Below are positions 1 to 12,830 of a stretch of DNA of 64,000 bases, piece after piece. The DNA is from Octopus sinensis. Lineage: Eukaryota. The position numbers and the translations under genes were made by a program. Positions within the stretch are counted from its first letter, which is position 1. Every line of letters begins with the position of its first letter. Below the pieces are notes generated by a model. That model did not search any database and was not told the DNA's origin. It was given only the letters and a program-made list of their open reading frames with translations. Location of the stretch: the NCBI RefSeq assembly GCF_006345805.1, contig NC_042998.1:81282001-81346000 (forward strand), written 5' to 3'.

Positions 1-302
1 ATTCTAGTGTTTAAGGTTTCTTATTACTTTAAAACCAGTTTCAGGCGGCTCTAAAGACCGAGGCAGGTAAAACGAGGGCTGAGAACTTAGAGATCCGGTT
101 AGCAGTAATATCAGATTAACCAGTCAGTTGTAAAGAATTCATGAAAAGCTGTTTATCAAGGCTTAAAATTTAGACATATTCCTTCTTTTTGTCAGACAGA
201 AAGGCAGTCACGAACTGTTATTGTGCAGGACTGCAAATAAAAACTTTGTATAAAACGTGATATAAAAAGACATTCAAACGTATACATACATACTACTTAT
301 AT

Positions 303-352
<50 letters not shown>

Positions 353-1066
353 ATATAATATACATACACAGGCACACACATGCACAAACACACACACACA
401 CGAGCGCGCGCACACACGCATACAGATATGTATATAATGAAGGCATTTTTAGAATATTGTGTTTCAGAAATTGGCTTCTGAGTGTATTGCGTTTGATTTA
501 TTGTTTGCAGGCAATATGGCAGATACTTAGAAAAGTAATTGATTTCCTTGGTCTTGTTGATGATAAATGAACACTTATGCAAATGATTTATTCATTTTTT
601 TTTGTTTCTTTTAGATTTATTTCACTTTGATTCTTGCTACGTAATCTATGCTGTTCCATGAAATGTCAGATGACATTAAAATACATCCAACATTTTTTAC
701 TATTTTGCGTTGCTTGCTGTATACTAATATTAATATAATATTTACATGATTTGTCAACATGTATTATATCTATAGAAATTCATTGATTTTTATTGTAGCG
801 TGATGCTTGCTCCAAACTATCTTACGCCGATCTATGTATGTATATATATGTGTGTGCGTATATGTGAGTATGTGCGTGTGGTTTTCTGTCCGTGTGTGTG
901 TGTGTGCGTGTTAGTGTGATATGCGCGTCTGTATATATATATAGGCAGATATGTATGTCTCAAATTTCTTTTTCCCAATCTCCCTTCATTTATGCATACA
1001 TATATACATACATACATATATATATGAATATAAATGCATATATACCCCACCCCCATATGTATATAT

Positions 1067-1259
1067 AGTTGGAATTTACAGAAAAACAAAAGACGAAGAC
1101 AGGTGTATAAACACAAGCAGGTGTATTAGTTTGACGCTCAGGAGGGTGAGAAAGTCGTTTATGTCTCAAGCATCCGCTCTTCAACAGAAAGGAACACGAA
1201 GAAATAAACTGAGAGAGAATAAAATAACTTTTGAAGTTAGCGGTCTATCATGGCGACTA
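1067..1259 (-). mobile_element. ~200-bp (TA)n-embedded non-autonomous repeat with degenerate hammerhead-like motif (Penelope-terminal type)
   Basis: Homologous to 12481-12682 and 55481-55670; minus strand reads CTTT-CTGTTGAA-GAGC-ggat-GCTT-GAGA; flanked by (TA)n. Confidence 0.6.
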
Positions 1260-1260
1260 C

Positions 1261-1290
<30 letters not shown>

Positions 1291-1291
<1 letters not shown>

Positions 1292-1497
1292 GTTAATCCA
1301 AACAAGAAAACACAAAAAAACACAACAACGCGAGGACGTGGAACAAATATAGTATTATTGGACGCTCAGGAAAGAAGGAAAGAAAGAGGGTTTAACTTTT
1401 CGAGCGGAGCTCTTCGTCGGAAACATAGAAGAAAAGATCCAGAGAAGGGAAGACAGAGGAAAAAAAAAATCGCCAACGGTACGCACGCGGTCACATT
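1291..1497 (-). mobile_element. Variant of the same hammerhead-bearing short repeat
   Basis: Minus strand GTTT-CCGACGAA-GAGC-tcc-GCTC-GAAA-AGTT-AAAC; shares the GACGCTCAGGA segment with 1067-1259; (TA)n flanks. Confidence 0.5.
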
Positions 1498-1529
1498 TAT
1501 TATATATATATGTATATAATTTTTTTCCG

Positions 1530-3200
1530 TAATGAGATTAAAAAAACCAAGGGTGTGTAGATTTTGGAACATTTATAAATAGATCTTACAGCTGTTTCTA
1601 GGATATTTATTATATCCCTTCATCGGAGACGGTGTGAAAAGACGGTTAAGTGATAGTTAATTTAGATATGATACAAAATAGAGAGTGAGGTGGAGGAATG
1701 AAAATAGATGTGAGATATGCAGGGATATTGTATTTGTATATCCATTATTTAGGCAGAATGGTATACATATAAGATTACGATACCTTATGAGTAAAATCCT
1801 ATAGTATTTAAAATTGGTTATTTCATGTATTGAGTTTATACCCAGTGTTACTGAATCAAGGGTTTTATTTAAAGTGACCTAAAAGTAGGGAATGTATTCG
1901 TAGGGTCAAATCGAAAAGAGGAAGAGAGGAATAAAGAAAGAGAAAAAAAAAGAGAAAAGAAAGAATTGAAAATAAGAAGAAAATAATAAAATAATAAGAA
2001 AAGAAGAAAGAACAAGAAGAGAGGAATGAAGTAAGGGAACAAGTAAGTGGTCTGTCAAGATAATTTGAAAGTAAGAATGGGAATATAAGGGAAATAGAGT
2101 GGGAAAGGTATTAGAGTATAAAAAGATAGAAGGAATGGGAGGGGTGAAAGAGAGAGAGAGAGGTATAACAATTAAAGGTTTGTCAATTGTGCAGTGACAG
2201 AGTCTAAGTGATGAGGCAGAGAGAGGGGTAGTAGTATGGAATGAAGGATTTAGGAATTTGTGTGGTTGGACAGGTCAGTGTTTAGTAGTAGAAGAAAAAA
2301 TATATGTGAATATGTATACATATATATATTAGACATGTATATATATATATATTTATACAGATGTTTATACATATCAATATCTGCATATACAGCGCTTACT
2401 CGTATGTATATGCGCACATGCACACTCTTATGTACGTGTATCTGCATGTATTATCGCCCCTGTACACGCAGGTATATATACCTTGCATGCATACGTACAT
2501 TCACACAGAAACACATATGTACATACACGCATACACACACATACATTCACACGCACATATGCATGGATGCACATACACACGAATGTAATTAGATGGTTGT
2601 GATAATCGAGAATGAGTGAGGAATTAGATAAGGATTAGGAGTTAAAGTGTAGATTTATAAGGTTATTGGGATTACCTAAGGGGTATTGTGGAAATGTACT
2701 GTATAGTCGTTTAGACATTTGGATTGTGGTAGAATTTGAATGTATGAAAAAAGCGGTGGTTGCATGTGCTTAATGCCGAAGTCAACGTTCAACCTGCAAA
2801 CCTTACTCGAAGGAGATACTTCACATATTAAAGCTCAACTCTCCAGCACTGCTAAATAAACATAATGAGGCACTAAGCACATGCAACCCCCGACTTTTTC
2901 ACACATTCAAATTCTACCACAAATCTAAACGCCTAAGCGACCATACAGTACATTTCCACATACAGTACATTGCCACAAATCCCCTTAGGTAATCCTAATA
3001 ACCTTAAAAATATACACTTGAATTCCTAATCCCTATCTAATTCCTCACTCATACTCGAGTATCATAACCATCTAATTATATTCGTGTGTATGTGCATCCA
3101 GGCACATGTATATGTATGTGTGTTTATGCGTGTATGTGTGTATATGTGTATGTGTGAATGTACGTATGCATGCAAGGTATATATACCTGCGTGTATATAT
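1530..3200. mobile_element. Penelope-like element 3' remnant with 5' inversion (3' UTR running leftward to a hammerhead, GIY-YIG C-terminal tail running rightward)
   Basis: Arms ~2461-2776 and ~2868-3197 are inverted copies; 2790-2900 translates ..LHILKLNSPALLNKHNEALSTCN, like the PLE C-terminal LLNKRxE..C motif; hammerhead-like motif at 1582-1630 (-). Confidence 0.6.
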
Positions 3201-3293
3201 ATATATATATATATAATATTTCAAATTAATAATTAAAGGGTAAAATTTATATATAACTTCAAATTAATAATAATAATAATAATAATAATAATG

Positions 3294-3360
<67 letters not shown>

Positions 3361-4456
3361 TTCATATATAATTTCAAATTAATAATAAAAGGGTAAAATT
3401 AATTAATTAAATTAATTAATTAGTCAATCAATTAATTTATAATTTTAACAAGTAGCTCGGTACGTTAAAATAAGGGTTATAGGTAAAATTATACGAATAT
3501 TCTATAATTATAAACATAATTATAATTAGGGGGCAGCTAATTGCTTCAGCACATACGAATTTAGAAATAGGAGTTCAAAATTCGTTTTCTACTACTGTAA
3601 GAATCTCCACGGCAGTAACACACTTTTTTACGTAGGCAAAGAGAAAAACAATGAATCAACACGTCTTCGATTAGCCATAGATGCGTTTCGATATTAAAGT
3701 GGTTTTAATTACTTACTTCTCTCTTCAGCTACACTGAAGAATCACAATATGATGCAAATACAAAATATACATTTATATTTCGTTAAGTGGAAGTGGTTTC
3801 TATGTAGTTTTACAAAATAGAATCATGATTTCGTGCTTGTGTGTATGATGAAGTGTAAGTATCGTATATTGAGGGTCGTGGTATTATGATGGTAATAGAT
3901 TGACAATGGCCGTGATATGATTGTGACAGTCGTGGTGGTATTGTGCGCGCACGCACACATACACACATACGCACACTTATACACGCAAACATATGCTACT
4001 CGTCACAATATATGTTTGAGGCTTTTATAGACTTAACTTGTTTATGAAAGAGCAGAGACTCTACAAATTTTTAATATTATAAAGTTGAAGTTTCGATCTT
4101 TATATAAGCTTAAGCATGGAACGAAATTGAAGATACATATTCACATATGTGCATTTATTAAACTGCATTATGGAAGCCTATTAGTCGGTACCGCAAAGAT
4201 GAAATACGTACGTTTATGAAACGTACCACTTCCACGACCCCAAAAATTAAAAATGATATAATGGAAAAAAAAAAAAAAATTGGAAATAAAACTCTAGTGT
4301 ATATAAACGTTATGTTTATGGTATTAGAGATATTTTATAGCATTTATTGACCTGATTTTTGTAAAATATTTATATATTTATTGATTCTAGTAAAACATCG
4401 ATTTTACTCTTTGCCGATCGATGTCCATTGCTAATATATATCAAAATGTAAATTCT

Positions 4457-4487
<31 letters not shown>

Positions 4488-4488
4488 C

Positions 4489-4544
<56 letters not shown>

Positions 4545-5149
4545 CATACATACATATATATACATAAATACATATGTACATAAATATGTATATACATACA
4601 CACACACACACTTATATATGTATGTATATATATATATATATAATGTGTGTATGTGTGTGCGTGTGTGTGTGCATGTGTACATATTTATATGTAATAATGT
4701 ATAATGTACATAGTATATACATATAAGCGATAATTTTAAAAAGAATGTGTTGGCTGAATATAAATGTTATTTAGTGTTTTTTAGAACTGTTTTATAACAG
4801 TTTTTGTGAGGAGGGTTTCCAAAATGTTTATGTAACCCGTCTTTACTAAATCATGTTTTCATTTATGATCGATCTATATAGACAATGATACGAAAACCAT
4901 TGGACAACTATATGTGTAGAAATCTATATAAAATTATGGAATATGGATATGAGACCATTAGACATGTTTTGCATTTTTATTTTATAAGATAAATTCATAT
5001 GCATATATGTGCGTGCTTTTTTTATACAGGTAATTATTCAACCAGCTTAAAGCAATTTCTCATGAAACAAATTAAATGTGGATGGGTGCAGCGGTGACTC
5101 TTTTACGGCACCTTTAATCATTCCGGGGAATATTATATACCATCGTCGA

Positions 5150-5460
5150 ACGACATTGCCTTTCATTTTTAAGGGTCGATAAAATAAGTACCACTTGAAC
5201 ACTGGGGACGGTATAATCGACTTATCTCTTCCCACGAAATTGCTGGCCAAGTGTCAAGAATCGTTCGCGCACCAGACGAAATGCTTAGCGATATTTCACC
5301 CGGCGCTACATTCTGAGTTCAAATTCCGCCGAGGCTGACTTTAGTTTTCTTCCTAACGGAGGCAATAAATTAATTACCAGTTGCATACTGTGGTAGATCT
5401 AATCGACTGCCCCTCCCTCAAAATTCAGGCCCTTGTGCCTATAGTAGAAACGATTATTAT
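5150..5460 (+). mobile_element. Two tandem tRNA-derived SINE copies (family A), the second with an (ATT)n tail
   Basis: Conserved core GCCTTTCAT..GGGTCGATAAAATAAGTACCA..CTGGGG..TAATCGACT; head GAATCGTT..GAAATGCTTAGC..GAGTTCAAATTCCGCC. Confidence 0.85.
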
Positions 5461-5470
5461 TATTATTATA

Positions 5471-5762
<292 letters not shown>

Positions 5763-5779
5763 TATTATTATTATTAATA

Positions 5780-5821
<42 letters not shown>

Positions 5822-6370
5822 GAGTGAGTGAGCAGTTCATGCAATCAAAGTGACACTGGGGTAAAATATACGAAGCCCAATATACCCATCATGACTACCC
5901 GTCTGATAAGGGTACACCAGGCACATGCATCACAACCATATGTGCGCGACATGGTGATCTCATATCAAGATGAACAGCACATGACCTTGCAGGTGGGGCC
6001 CAGTTAGAAATTTCTTCAGGTTGAGTAGCCCATCCTGCTCAAAACGTCCCTGAATAAGGGTTGGTTAAGGATGTTGAAAGAACCACCCATGTTTCCAGAG
6101 GTGAATTATTCAAACCCCAAAGAATCCCTCTCAACACATGGCTATGATGCTTCCCCACTACTTCTGCTCGTGATTAGAGATGCACATATCGTCAGCCACT
6201 AAGGGACATGCTCAAATGGTTACGGTCAAACAACTGACAAGCAAATCTGTGGTATTGAGCAGAATATTTGCTGTAGCCCATCTTTTATACCAAGACAAAA
6301 CAATGTACATGATAACACTTCCAATCAGTTAAGATCAGAAGCCATGAGAGCCACTGCCTGGTACTGCATT
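5822..6370. mobile_element. ~550-bp unclassified interspersed element inside a (TTA)n array
   Basis: Near-identical to 60339-60895 and 61014-61570; both ends abut (TTA)n; no ORF or TIR. Confidence 0.9.
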
Positions 6371-6389
6371 ATTATTATTATTATTATTA

Positions 6390-6463
<74 letters not shown>

Positions 6464-6481
6464 AATAATTATTATTATTAA

Positions 6482-7134
6482 AGCGGTAAGCTGCCAGAAC
6501 CGCTAGCACGCTGGGCGAAATGCTTAGCAGTATAACGCCCGTCGCTACGCGATGAGTTCAAATTCTACCGAGATCGACTTTGCTTTCATCCTTTCGGTGT
6601 CGATGAAATAAGTACCAGTCACGCACTGGAGCAGATATAATCGACTAGCCCCTTCCCCTTAAATTTTCAAGGCCTAGAGTAGAAAAAATAATAATAATTA
6701 ATATCATCGTGATTAAAGCGGTGACCTGGCAGAATCGTTAGCGCTCCGGGCGAAATGCTTATCGGTATTTTGCCCATCGCTAGGTTCTGAGATCAAATTC
6801 GGCTGAGGTCGACTTTGCCTTTCATCCTTTCGGGGTCGATAAAATAAGTACCAGTTGAAGACTGGGCTCGATGTAATCGACTCATCCACACGTTCCCCAA
6901 GCTGCCGTTGTGGCAAAAATTTGAAATTATTATTAAGGCGGCAAGCTAGCGCGCCGGGTGAAATGCTTAGCGATATTTCGCCCATCGCTACGTTCTGAGT
7001 TCAAATTCTGCCGAAGTCGACTTTATTCTTACATGCTTACGAGGTCGATGAATTAAGTACCAGTTGAGTACTGGGGCTGATGTAATCGACTCTCTACCTC
7101 CTAAATTTCAGGCATTGTGCCTATTGTAGGAAGG

Positions 7135-7188
<54 letters not shown>

Positions 7189-7262
7189 GTTGTTGTTCTG
7201 GTGATGACGGGCAGAATTGTTAGCGCACCAGACAAAATGCTCAGCGACCAGTTTTCAAACAC
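6482..7262 (+). mobile_element. Head-to-tail cluster of family A SINEs (6482-6690, 6717-6934, 6935-7140, partial 7200-7262)
   Basis: Each copy starts GCGG..CTGGCAGAATCGTTAGC/GCGCCGGG.GAAATGCTTAGC and carries the GGTCGAT..AAGTACCAG core; (ATT)n tails. Confidence 0.9.
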
Positions 7263-8260
7263 TTTACTTACTGGTTTCGAATTTCATACTGGTCAATGCC
7301 GTTCATCCTGACGGGCTAAATAAAAATAAATTTCCATTCGTACATTGAAGTCGATGTTAATGATGAAGCACCACCCCTCGAAATTGTTAGTCTTGCACCA
7401 AAATTAGTAATATTTTCAAATATACTTGCTGTCTTATTTATTAGAAGTTCCTTTTTTTTATTCGTATCATATATTTTTCTTCCTTTTTCTTCATAGCCAC
7501 ATCTGATATTCATAATATATTTTACATCACCCTTTCAATTATTAACATCCTACGCTTCGCTTTCTAAATATGTTTATTACAATTTGATATAAAATTTACA
7601 ATAATTATTTTGTATGTTTCAACATCAATTACAATTTATCACGACATTTTTAATTATCTATCGGACTAATTTTAAATTCAACTCTTCATTTAATATGCCA
7701 ATCATACAATTAAAAAGATACTCTTAGAATTGTATTTACAAAAGCAGATATTAACACAAGGAAACGAAGAGACAAACAGCCAAACATACAGACACAAATA
7801 CACACACACACACTTCTCTAGGTACTTAATGAGTTTTAGATGCATGGAGCAGGGTGAAACGTTTGTTAAATAATACATGTAATTCTTCCCAAATGTTTCT
7901 TTCGTTAGCCCACTCATTCGTATGTATACTTTCCTGTAACCACGAGACAATATGTATCTCTGTGTATGTATATGAGTTTATGCGAATGTTCTGTTCATAG
8001 ATATGTACGGATGTATAAATGCGTCTATATTCCTAGCTGCTCTGTATATGCATGTCGTTATAACCATATACTTGTGCCGATGAATCGTCATGCAGGATGT
8101 CTGAGATGTTCGCTGAGCAAAGAAACCGTACAGCAGATTCCCGTGTTGTATTCAAGTATTGCTGAAAATTGGAATTACGTAGAACAGCTGTTGTTGCGTG
8201 AAAGAGAAGCCCAACTATCGACCGAGTCCCCCGTGAGGATCCTCCTACAGCTCTACCACC

Positions 8261-8317
8261 ATGAATAAGGCAGCGCAGGTGGTGTTTCTCTGTGTCGTGG
8301 CTATGGCGATAGAGGTT
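8261..8317 (+). CDS. Candidate short coding exon MNKAAQVVFLCVVAMAIEV (signal-peptide/TM-like), unproven
   Basis: Unique GC-richer segment; ACCACCATG context; CCTCCTACAG acceptor at 8250; GTGAGA donor at 8318; hydrophobic peptide; no recognisable homolog. Confidence 0.2.
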
Positions 8318-8770
8318 GTGAGATGGACTTGACGGAAATGATTTCCCTCATTTTCTAACAAAAAAAAACAACAAACTTCTTTATAGAGCGTTAGCAGTAT
8401 AACAATCAAGAGAGAAGTATGTCTACATACTGAATAACTGTCTCCAGGGAATGATACCATGTGAAGCAGGTTTGTAGCAGCTCATATTTAGTTTTGATTA
8501 TACACAAAATTCACAAAACGTTTTCGATATATTCCTTCAGGTGTAGATATTAGTTTCAAACTGCTGTTTCATAGTATATTCATTCATAATGTAGTTGATC
8601 AAATCAAATCAAATCAAATTTATTGGCAGGAGAAGAGCACAATGTACTTAAGCCATGAAAAAAAAACCCAAACAAAAAACAGTTATTGTTATATACAGTT
8701 TTATACATGTAGACATAATATCTGTTTTCTTCAGGATCTTGGTTCCTTTCGAAATTCACACCGGTTGTGT

Positions 8771-8780
<10 letters not shown>

Positions 8781-8865
<85 letters not shown>

Positions 8866-8880
8866 ACTATCTATCGTTCG
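8781..8880. repeat. (ATCT)n microsatellite, followed by (ATCC)n variants
   Basis: Direct reading. Confidence 0.95.
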
Positions 8881-9529
8881 ACTGATCGATAAATCCATCC
8901 ATCAATCCATCCATCCATCCACCCATCCGTCCGTTCGTCCGTCCATCCATCCATGTTTTGGAGTTTGGGCATAAGTAACAAATTGAAATTTGAAATCTAA
9001 ATGGGTTATTAAAATTTTTAACTTAACGGTGAATTTAATTTGAAAATGGAATATTGTTGTCTATGAGAAATATGAATGTAAATGTGGTTGGAAAATTTTC
9101 CACAGGATTCATAGCCTGGTAATTTGACAACATTATAATATTTTCATATGTAATTGTGTAGAAATTCTGTTTTGCTCTTAGTTTGAAAGGACCTTGAATG
9201 GCAAAACATTCAGTCAGATTCTACCCCTACATTTGATTCTATTGGAAGTATTCAATAATTTGACAGTAAGCATTTTCAGCTAATTATCATCTTACTGCAT
9301 TAATCTTAATATATTTTCTCATTACGCAAGTGAAGCCTTTTTAACGCAAAAAGGTATGTAACGAATTCATTTGCTGTTTCTAATTATGATAAAGCACACT
9401 TCCCCTACGAAATGTTTACTTTAAATGCATAATAAAAACATATGGCTGCAATATTTATTTGATAAATGAAAATGTGTTGATAATATAATAAAATATATAT
9501 ATAATGATATAATAAAAAAGAATTAGGAG

Positions 9530-9860
9530 CTAAAACCTCTTAAATTCTATCCTGCAACTTTTTATCAGCAATCATTTGAAAATGGTTTATTTCCATGATA
9601 AAGAAACTTTTCTAAAAGATCTTTACAGAGAATGGAACAAAATAAAGAGCAGAATATTTTTGTGAAATCAGATAAGATGAAAAAAATTATGAAGTAAATA
9701 AACATATGGTAGATTCAGATGAATTTTGGCTTCAAACAAATTCCAAAATACTCTTCTACGTTACTTTGATGTAGTCAGTGCCGTGGCAGAAAACATCAAC
9801 CATGTACTCAAAGATTTCAGACACCTATTTGATCCCTCAATTCTTCAACTTTAAGAAAAT
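9530..9860 (+). pseudogene. Possible hAT-like transposase C-terminal remnant
   Basis: Broken frames give ..DLYREWNKIK.., ..DSDEFW.., ..VSAVAENINHVLKDFRHLFDPSILQL, loosely resembling the hAT dimerization region; multiple stops and frameshifts. Confidence 0.25.
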
Positions 9861-9880
9861 ATGTAAAAATATAAAATATA

Positions 9881-10358
9881 ATTGAAATTCAGTTCAATTA
9901 AGTACTTAAATTGAGGTACCAAGCCGGTTCGGTAAAGTTCGCGTTGCTCGAAGTGAGGTAAGTAAAAAGCAAATAAGTAGCAAAGCTGTCCAGATATCAA
10001 TACATTACAGCCGTTTCAAGCGGCTCCTTTTAATTGATCTATGAAAGCATTACATCAGTTTGAAACAAACCGCTCTCCTCAGACGCAGATGACCCTATAG
10101 ATTCCCAATATAAAGGATAAACCATTATTTAGCACAATTTGCACCAGTATTAGAAACAAAATAATTGCATTGAGGAAAAGGAAACAATGTAGTTATTTTG
10201 GTTTCTAGTACTGGTATAAATTGTGCTAATTAAATGGTTTGTCCTTATACTACAGTGGTTTCTTTAAAATTGATGTAATTGATCGATTAAAGTGAACCGC
10301 TTGAAACGGTTGTAATACATTGATACCTGGCCACCAGTGTTACTTATTTGCTTTTTAT
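9881..10358. mobile_element. Foldback element: 77-bp leader plus ~400-bp imperfect palindrome
   Basis: Arms ~9962-10170 and ~10185-10358 are reverse complements (core CCGTTTCAAGCGG / CCGCTTGAAACGG); homolog at 53697-54114. Confidence 0.8.
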
Positions 10359-10399
10359 GTAAAAATATGTTTATACGTTATAAATATTGATTTCAAAAT

Positions 10400-10602
10400 C
10401 TTGGCTCAAGGCCAGCAATTTCGAAGAATGGGACAGGTTGATTACATCAACCCTAATATTAAACTGGTACTCATTTTATCGACTCTAAAAGGGGAGAAAA
10501 TGGAATGTCGACCTCGGTGGATTTTGAAATCAAAACGTAATAACGAACAAAATGTCGGTAAGCATTTTGCACGGTGTACTAATGATGCTGCAAGCTCCTC
10601 AT
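10400..10602 (-). mobile_element. Family A SINE (diverged)
   Basis: Reverse complement of the core (..CTGGTACTCATTTTATCGAC..GTCGACCTCGG..TAAGCATTTT..). Confidence 0.8.
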
Positions 10603-10776
10603 TGCATATATTAAAAATATTAACGTGCGAGACCTATGAAAATTTGAATAAAACAAGAAGGTATGTCAGATGTCACTTTAATTTTTTTTAATAGATGTAA
10701 CGATACACGATCTTATATCATATATTATTCATACATCGTTACATCTGCATATGTATATTACAGGTTTTTTTCTGCA

Positions 10777-10807
<31 letters not shown>

Positions 10808-11037
10808 CATACATACATACATACATACATACATACATACATACTATACTACCTTCTTATGCAACATGTCGTTGATAACGTCATATTTCTGTGGAAATTC
10901 CACGCGAGATTCGCTGCGGTCGAGAGAAATCATCAAGACACTACCTTCCTATGCGCCATTTTGCTTGACGTTTTGCAAAAACAACATTCTATACGGATCT
11001 GGAAAAAATATTGTCCTGGAATGAAGATAGAGAATCA

Positions 11038-11282
11038 GTAGTAGTGGTAGTAGTAGTAGTAGTAGTAGTAGTAGTATAGTAGTAGTAGTATAGTAGTAGT
11101 AGTATAGTAGTAGTAGTAGTAGTAATAGTAGTTGTAGTAGTATAGTAGTAGTGTAATAGTAGTAGTAGTATTAGTAGTACTAGTAATAGTAGTAGTAGTA
11201 GTAATAGTAGTGGTAGTAGTAGTATAGTAGTAGTAGTATAATAGTAGTAGTAGTAGTAGTAATAGTAGTAATAGTAGTAGAA

Positions 11283-11339
<57 letters not shown>

Positions 11340-11340
11340 G
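11038..11340. repeat. (TAG)n microsatellite, imperfect
   Basis: Direct reading; source of the poly-L/Y/T ORF at 10989-11378. Confidence 0.95.
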
Positions 11341-11796
11341 TAATTAATATAGAAGGTCGGTTGAAAGAAATTAATCATGGTAATTAGAGAGAAGAAAAAT
11401 ATGTTCTAAATGTTTAAACGGTGGCGGTTGGGGTTGCAGTTTTGCAAGGGGCAGTCAAGTCAAGTCACGTAGTCACTTCTGAAGTCAAGTGATTACTGTT
11501 GCTGCAACTACCATCAATGTCGCCGCTGTTCTTGATCTTGATTTTCTTAAACTTCGTTTTGATGCTGTTGTACAACTACAGAAATGAATATTAAATAGTA
11601 TTGGAGCACTTGTTTTTAAGGAGATGAAAAGATTTTGAAATTTGATTTAGTGTTTGAAGCAAAGTTACTGAAACTTGAAACTCGTGTATCCTCGTCTTCG
11701 GAAGAGTATAGTTACGTAATGGCCGGGATATGAAATTCACTTTCTGTTTTGTTATATACATTATAGAGATATTTCTTTGTCCAGGATGATGACTGT

Positions 11797-12192
11797 GGCG
11801 AGATGGTAAAGCCGTTAGCACGCCGGATGAAATGCTTAGCAGTATTTCCTCTGCCGCTAGGTTCTAAGTACAAATTCCGATTTCATCTTTTCGGGGTCGA
11901 TAAATTAAGTACCAGTTACGCACTGGGGTCGATATAATCGACTTAACCCGTTTGTCTGTCCTTGTTTGTCCTCTCTGTGTTTAGCCCCTTGTGGGTAGTA
12001 AAGAAATAGGTAAAGCCGTAAGCACGCCGGATAAAATGCTTAGCGGCATTTCGACCGTCTTTGTTCTGAGTGAAAATTCCGCAGGGGTCGACTTTTTGCG
12101 GAGTTGATAAAATAAGTGCTAGGTGAGAACTGGGGTCAATGTAATCGACATTCCTCCAAAATTGGTGGTCTTGTGCCAAACTTTGAAGCTAA
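11797..12192 (+). mobile_element. Two tandem family A SINEs
   Basis: Heads GTTAGCACGCCGGATGAAATGCTTAGC and GTAAGCACGCCGGATAAAATGCTTAGC; core GGGGTCGATAAATTAAGTACCAG. Confidence 0.85.
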
Positions 12193-12214
12193 TATTAATA
12201 AAGTATTATTTTCT

Positions 12215-12402
12215 TCTTTCAGTCATTCGACTACAAACATACTGGAGCACTGCGCGGAAGTGATTAGTTAAACAAATCGACACCAACAGTGTGGTATTCA
12301 TTCTATCTTTCCCTATTTCTGAATCGTTAATATACTGGAACGTAAGCAAACCAACACTTGTTCTGAAATGATGGAAACAGGAATAGAAACACCCACGCAC
12401 AC

Positions 12403-12483
<81 letters not shown>

Positions 12484-12830
12484 AGTCGCCATGATAGATT
12501 GTTAGCCATTATACACATTTTTTCTCTCCTTGTCTCTCTCCTTGTTTTTTCTGTGTCCCTTTCTGTAGAAGAGCGTAGGCTCGAAACGTAAAAGACTTTT
12601 CTATTCCTGAGCGTTATACTAATACATCTGTTGTTTTGTAGACCACCTATCTTCGTCTTTTGTTTTTTTCGTAAGCTCTCCCTATATATATATAATATAT
12701 ATATATATATATACGACGGGCTTCTACACAGTTTCCTTCTGCCAAGCTCGCTCACAAAGAATTGGTTGGCGCAGGTCTGTAGCAGAAACCATTTGGCAAA
12801 GTTGCCGTCCAGTGTCACTGAACCCATTAA
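12215..12830 (-). mobile_element. Bipartite SINE (tRNA-Gly-like/CORE-like 5' half at 12713-12830, 3' half at 12215-12320) split at its internal (TA)n by the insert at 12481-12682
   Basis: Both halves match the intact arrangements at 13467-13900 and 46363-46583. Confidence 0.6.
12481..12682 (+). mobile_element. ~200-bp hammerhead-bearing repeat inserted in (TA)n
   Basis: CTTT-CTGTAGAA-GAGC-gtag-GCTC-GAAA-CG-TA-AAAG at 12559-12594; homologs at 1067 and 55481. Confidence 0.7.

Noticed and set aside
274-1572. ORFs rich in IY/YI/VC/HT repeats, and the many similar ORFs across the window
   Set aside because: Translations of (TA)n, (CA)n, (TATG)n and (ATCT)n microsatellites; no coding signal.
3712-3745. 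17-nt minus-strand micro-exon with strong GTAAGT donor
   Set aside because: Too short to evaluate without transcripts; no neighbouring minus-strand exons identified.
8595-8625. (CAAAT)n-TTATT, like the reverse-complemented tail of an L2/CR1-type LINE
   Set aside because: Only ~30 bp; no adjoining LINE sequence recognised.
9881-9957. Leader read as a paralogous coding exon (IEIQxNxxxKLxYQ..LEV)
   Set aside because: One copy has an in-frame stop and is closed in all plus frames after the putative acceptor; substitutions are not enriched at third positions.
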